This document shows positions 60,675-64,000 of a stretch of DNA of 64,000 bases, piece by piece; positions within the stretch are counted from its first letter, which is position 1; every line of letters starts with the position of its first letter. The notes under the pieces were generated by a model. The model ran no database searches. It was not told where the DNA came from and saw only the letters and a list, made by a program, of their open reading frames with translations. This stretch comes from an uncultured Clostridia bacterium (GTDB lineage: Bacteria; Bacillota; Clostridia; TANB77; CAG-465). Made by a program: the position numbers and the translations under genes. Location: NCBI GenBank assembly GCA_944387385.1, contig CALXES010000003.1, forward strand, positions 66,399 through 130,398. The letters are read 5' to 3'.

Positions 60675-60747
60675 TTATCCACATTATCCACACCCCCTAC
60701 TACTACTACTATATATAAAAGAATAAATAACTTAATATTTTAATTAA
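60675..60747. promoter_or_regulatory. candidate basal unwinding element: 2 abutting DnaA boxes, GC cluster, DnaA-trio-like repeats, AT-only stretch
   Basis: TTATCCACA TTATCCACA (60675-60692), CCCCC (60693-60697), (CTA)5 at 60697-60711 (TAG x5 on the other strand), then a G/C-free stretch 60710-60747. Confidence 0.6.
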
Positions 60748-60767
60748 CGCGCGTACGCGCGCGCGTG
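60747..60767. repeat. 21-nt perfectly alternating purine-pyrimidine CG-rich tract
   Basis: ACGCGCGTACGCGCGCGCGTG read directly. Contains the palindrome CGCGCGTACGCGCG. Surrounded by essentially 100% AT sequence. Confidence 0.9.
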
Positions 60768-61110
60768 AGAAAAAAATTGGTTTACATTTTTAGAAATTCT
60801 TTACAAAAAAAAATAAATAAAAAATTTTTTTATTCACAATACATTGTTAAAAATGTTTATAACTATATTATTTTTTTAATTAAAAAGTAAAAAATTAATT
60901 ATATATAAATTTATAAAAAAATTATATTTACTTATTCACATTATAAACATTGAATATAGTTATGACTACAATAATATATAAAAAAATTTTTTATGTGGAA
61001 AATGTGGATAAAATAAATTTTCCAATTTTTTTAATATTGATTTTTTAAAAATATTTTATTATAATAAAGAAAGATATAACGGTTTTATTTTTTTGTAAAG
61101 GAGGGATAAG

Positions 61111-62523
61111 ATGGAAGAGAATTTTATGAATGTTTGGGAAAAAGCTTTGGAAATATTAAAGGATGAAATATCTCAAATAGCATACAATACATATATTGAA
61201 GTAATGGTACCTCGACTTGTAGATAAAAATACTGTTTGTTTTTTATCACCATCTAGTTATTATATTGATATTTGTAAAAAAAGATATCTTGAACTTATTA
61301 GAAATACATTAAAATATTTAACTAGTGTAGATTATCAAATAATATTTGAAGCTAAACCAACAATTCCAGAAAATGGAGACTCTGATTTAGAAGATTTAGA
61401 AATTATTAGAGGACAATATGGGGATATTGAATCAGAAAATTCTGATGAAAAATTAAACCCTATATTAGATAAAGAAAAAATAAGAGAAAAAGCAGGACTT
61501 AATAAAAGATATACTTTTGATAATTTTATTATTGGAAATAACAATCGTTTTGCTAGAGCTACTGCATATTCTGTGTATGAAAATTTAGGACTTACTAATC
61601 CATTATATATATATGGTGGAGTAGGACTTGGAAAGACACACTTAATGCAAGCAATAGGTAATGCTGTAATTGACGAGGATCCCTCTAAAAAGGTTTTTTA
61701 TTGTACAGGTGAGTTATTTGTTAATGAGCTAATAAAAGTCATGTTAAATCCTAAAAATGCAGATTTAAATGATTCCTTTAAAAAGAAGTTTAGAAATGCA
61801 GATTTACTTTTAATAGACGATGTACAAATAATTGCGGGAAAAGATAAATGTCAAGAAGAATTTTTCCACACATTTAATGCTTTATGTGAAAGTGGAAAAC
61901 AAATTGTTCTTACATCTGAAAAACCTCCAAAAGAAATAAATGGACTTGAAGATAGATTAAAAACTAGATTTTCAATGGGAGTAAGTGTTGATATTCAAAC
62001 ACCAGACTATGAGACAAGACTTGCAATATTAAAAAAGAAAGCAGAAGAAGAGAGATATTTAATTGATGATGAAATATTAATAAAAGTTGCAACAAAAGTA
62101 AAATCTAATGTAAGAGAACTTGAAGGAGTTTTTAATAAATTAATGGCTTACACTAAATTTACTAATAATCAGTTAACAGATCCTGTTGTAGATAATATAA
62201 TAGAATCTATTTTAGTAAAAAATAGCAATGTATTATCTAGTACATTGGTAATGCAAGTAGTAGCAAAATTTTTTGATTTAAGAGTAAGTGACTTAACAAG
62301 TGATAAAAGATCTACATCTATTGCATATCCTAGACAAATTGCTATGTATTTGTGTAGAGAAGTAGCAGATATGTCTTTTTCTGCAATAGGAAAAGATTTT
62401 GGTGGAAGAGATCATTCAACTGTATTACATGCATATTCGAAAATAAAGGATGAATATGATAATAATCCAGATACAAAAGATTTAATTGATGATATTAAAA
62501 AGACGTTAGAAAGAGAAAGTTAA
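61111..62523 (+). CDS. dnaA: chromosomal replication initiator protein
   Basis: 470 aa; AAA+ motifs GGVGLGKTHL and LLLIDDVQ; C-terminal DnaA signature IGKDFGGRDHSTVLHA. Confidence 0.97.
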   Translation: MEENFMNVWEKALEILKDEISQIAYNTYIEVMVPRLVDKNTVCFLSPSSYYIDICKKRYLELIRNTLKYLTSVDYQIIFEAKPTIPENGDSDLEDLEIIRGQYGDIESENSDEKLNPILDKEKIREKAGLNKRYTFDNFIIGNNNRFARATAYSVYENLGLTNPLYIYGGVGLGKTHLMQAIGNAVIDEDPSKKVFYCTGELFVNELIKVMLNPKNADLNDSFKKKFRNADLLLIDDVQIIAGKDKCQEEFFHTFNALCESGKQIVLTSEKPPKEINGLEDRLKTRFSMGVSVDIQTPDYETRLAILKKKAEEERYLIDDEILIKVATKVKSNVRELEGVFNKLMAYTKFTNNQLTDPVVDNIIESILVKNSNVLSSTLVMQVVAKFFDLRVSDLTSDKRSTSIAYPRQIAMYLCREVADMSFSAIGKDFGGRDHSTVLHAYSKIKDEYDNNPDTKDLIDDIKKTLERES

Positions 62524-62631
62524 AATTTAAAAGTTGCTATTGATTTTTATAATTTAATTTATTATAATTAAAGAATAAAAAACGGAAGAAAAAATTAAGT
62601 TGTTAATCTAAAAAGAAAAGGAGAAAAATAA

Positions 62632-63750
62632 ATGAATATTAAATGTGATTTAAAAGAATTAATAAATGCTTTAAATATTGTTTCAAAAACATCTAGCTCA
62701 AAAACAACAATGCCTATTTTAGAGGGTGTTTTATTTGAGGCTTATCAAAATAAACTAAAATTAATAACAAATGACTTAGAAATTGGATCAGAACATACTT
62801 TTTCTTGTGAAGTAATAAGAGAAGGAAAAACAGTTGTTGATTTAAGAATGTTAAATGAGATTGTTAGAAAAATTGAGGATGAGTTTGTTGAAATTTCTGT
62901 AGATGATAACTTATTTGTTTTAAAATCAATTAACGGAATTTTTAAATTAGCAGTAATGAATCCTAATGAGTATCCAAAACTTCCAGTTTTTGATATAGAA
63001 AATAGCATACAACTTGAACAAAGTGTTTTTAAAGATATGATTAGAAGAACATTATTTTCTGTTAGTACAGATGAAAATAGACCAGTATATAATGGTGCTT
63101 TAGTAAAAGTAGAAGATAATGTTTTAACTATTGTTACAATTGATGGATTTAGGTTATCTTTAAAAAAACATATTTGTGAAAAGGAAATTAATAATTTTAA
63201 AGCTATTATTCCTGGTAGAGTACTATCAGAACTCCTAAAAATATTAAGTGACAACGAAGGAGAAATGGTAAGAATTGGAATTAATAGAAATCAAGCTTTA
63301 TTTGAAATTGGAAATAGTATCATAATAAGCAGATTAATTGAAGGAGAATTTTTAAATTATCAAAGTATTATTCCAGAAAAATATGAAACAAAAGTTAGAG
63401 TAAAAACTAAAAAACTACTTGACTCATTTGAAAGAGTTGCATTATTTGCAAAAGAAAATAAGGAAAAAGATAAAAAATCACCAGTAAAAATGAGATTAAG
63501 TCTTGATGGAATTACTTTAAGTTGTGTTAGTGAAAATGGTGATGCAAGAGAAGACATTGCTGCGTTAGTTGAAGGTAAAGAATTAGAAATTGGATTTAAT
63601 CCAAGATATGTAATTGATGCTTTAAAAGTTATTGAAGATACAGAAATTTGTATTGAATTTACTACTAGTATATCACCTGTACTTTTCAAACCTGTAGTTT
63701 CTAATGAATTTACATACGTAGTTTTACCAATAAAAATTAAACAAGACTAA
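62632..63750 (+). CDS. dnaN: DNA polymerase III beta sliding clamp
   Basis: 372 aa; three-domain clamp pattern (MPILEGVLFEA..., NPRYVIDAL). Confidence 0.95.
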   Translation: MNIKCDLKELINALNIVSKTSSSKTTMPILEGVLFEAYQNKLKLITNDLEIGSEHTFSCEVIREGKTVVDLRMLNEIVRKIEDEFVEISVDDNLFVLKSINGIFKLAVMNPNEYPKLPVFDIENSIQLEQSVFKDMIRRTLFSVSTDENRPVYNGALVKVEDNVLTIVTIDGFRLSLKKHICEKEINNFKAIIPGRVLSELLKILSDNEGEMVRIGINRNQALFEIGNSIIISRLIEGEFLNYQSIIPEKYETKVRVKTKKLLDSFERVALFAKENKEKDKKSPVKMRLSLDGITLSCVSENGDAREDIAALVEGKELEIGFNPRYVIDALKVIEDTEICIEFTTSISPVLFKPVVSNEFTYVVLPIKIKQD

Positions 63751-63812
63751 AATAATAATAACAAAGCATGAGTATTCTTTTATTCATGCTTTTTATTTTT
63801 GAGAGGTAGATT

Positions 63813-64000
63813 ATGTATATAAATAAATTAGAACTAGAGAATTTTAGAAATTATGAACAACAAAAGGTTAATTTAATAAATGGAATAAATTTATTTTTAG
63901 GAGATAATGCTCAAGGAAAAACAAATATAATAGAAGCAATTTATATTTGTTCATTTGGAAAATCATATAGAACTTTAAAAGATAATGAATTAATAGAATT
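63813..64000 (+). CDS. recF: DNA replication and repair protein RecF, N-terminal fragment (continues beyond the window)
   Basis: MYINKLELENFRNYEQQ...LGDNAQGKTNIIEAI Walker A; GAGAGG SD. Confidence 0.85.
   Translation, partial: MYINKLELENFRNYEQQKVNLINGINLFLGDNAQGKTNIIEAIYICSFGKSYRTLKDNELIE

Larger units (their letters stand above)
59782..61011. other. chromosomal replication origin (oriC), DnaA-box region
   Basis: 19 perfect TTATCCACA/TGTGGATAA 9-mers at 59795, 59868, 59937, 60108, 60162, 60174, 60187, 60247, 60364, 60502, 60517, 60528, 60577, 60591, 60609, 60621, 60675, 60684, 61003. Several one-mismatch boxes as well. Located between rpmH and dnaA. Confidence 0.92.

Noticed and set aside
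10641-63689. Other antisense shadow ORFs in the track: 10641..10928, 11140..11358, 13563..14291, 16226..16438, 19412..19795, 28794..29057, 30364..30618, 38541..38906, 39265..39450, 40228..40497, 40864..41148, 41233..41487, 42833..43036, 44104..44316, 46355..46540, 48073..48363, 51159..51831 set, 53051..53290, 54016..54282, 55871..56260, 61335..61544, 62745..63254, 63360..63689
   Set aside because: Each is nested in or antisense to a longer ORF with clear family motifs and translation signals. None has its own SD or recognisable motifs.
63751-63812. Absence of a yaaA-type S4-domain gene between dnaN and recF
   Set aside because: Gene content here varies among Firmicutes. The 62-nt spacer holds just a terminator-like hairpin and the recF SD, so this is not unusual enough to report.

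Overview
AT-rich (about 25% GC by eye) Firmicutes/Clostridia-like chromosome segment that spans the replication origin. The right end has the usual origin neighbourhood: parB-parA-rsmG-mnmG-mnmE-jag-yidC-yidD-rnpA-rpmH on the minus strand, a ~1.5 kb oriC with 19 perfect DnaA boxes, then dnaA-dnaN-recF on the plus strand. Almost every gene left of oriC is on the minus strand, co-directional with the leftward fork. The rest holds housekeeping genes (purBA, tex, ispG, nrdDG, mgtA, a flotillin, an LCP protein, two tRNA-Ser). It also holds a ~20 kb capsule/EPS locus (31022 down to 11007): initiating sugar transferase, 6 glycosyltransferases, Wzy, Wzx, 2 pyruvyl transferases, an acetyltransferase, Wzz and a BY-kinase. 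No CRISPR array, rRNA, transposase or integrase was seen. Signals most worth follow-up: (1) a dense array of TGTACA-core palindromes (best form ATGTGTACACAT) over rsmG-mnmG next to parAB. It sits beside a ParB whose DNA-specificity residues match neither the ParB nor the Noc class, and the window has no canonical parS. (2) An exact 3x 8-bp tandem repeat splits an atypical cytoplasmic Ser/Thr kinase from its N-terminal module. One repeat unit fewer fuses them in frame. (3) A 1,379-bp tandem duplication in the capsule locus has a 1,233-bp perfectly identical core but diverged edges. (4) A small accessory island between two VanZ paralogs carries a solitary OLD-type ATPase-Toprim gene, a ~39% GC element that is open on both strands, an alarmone-synthetase-like gene and a DUF3800 gene. 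(5) An 815-aa internally duplicated protein has two MazF/PemK-like modules. (6) A promoter plus decoy Shine-Dalgarno leader module occurs three times in front of unrelated genes beside the flotillin. All family assignments rest on motifs recognised by eye. No database search was run.
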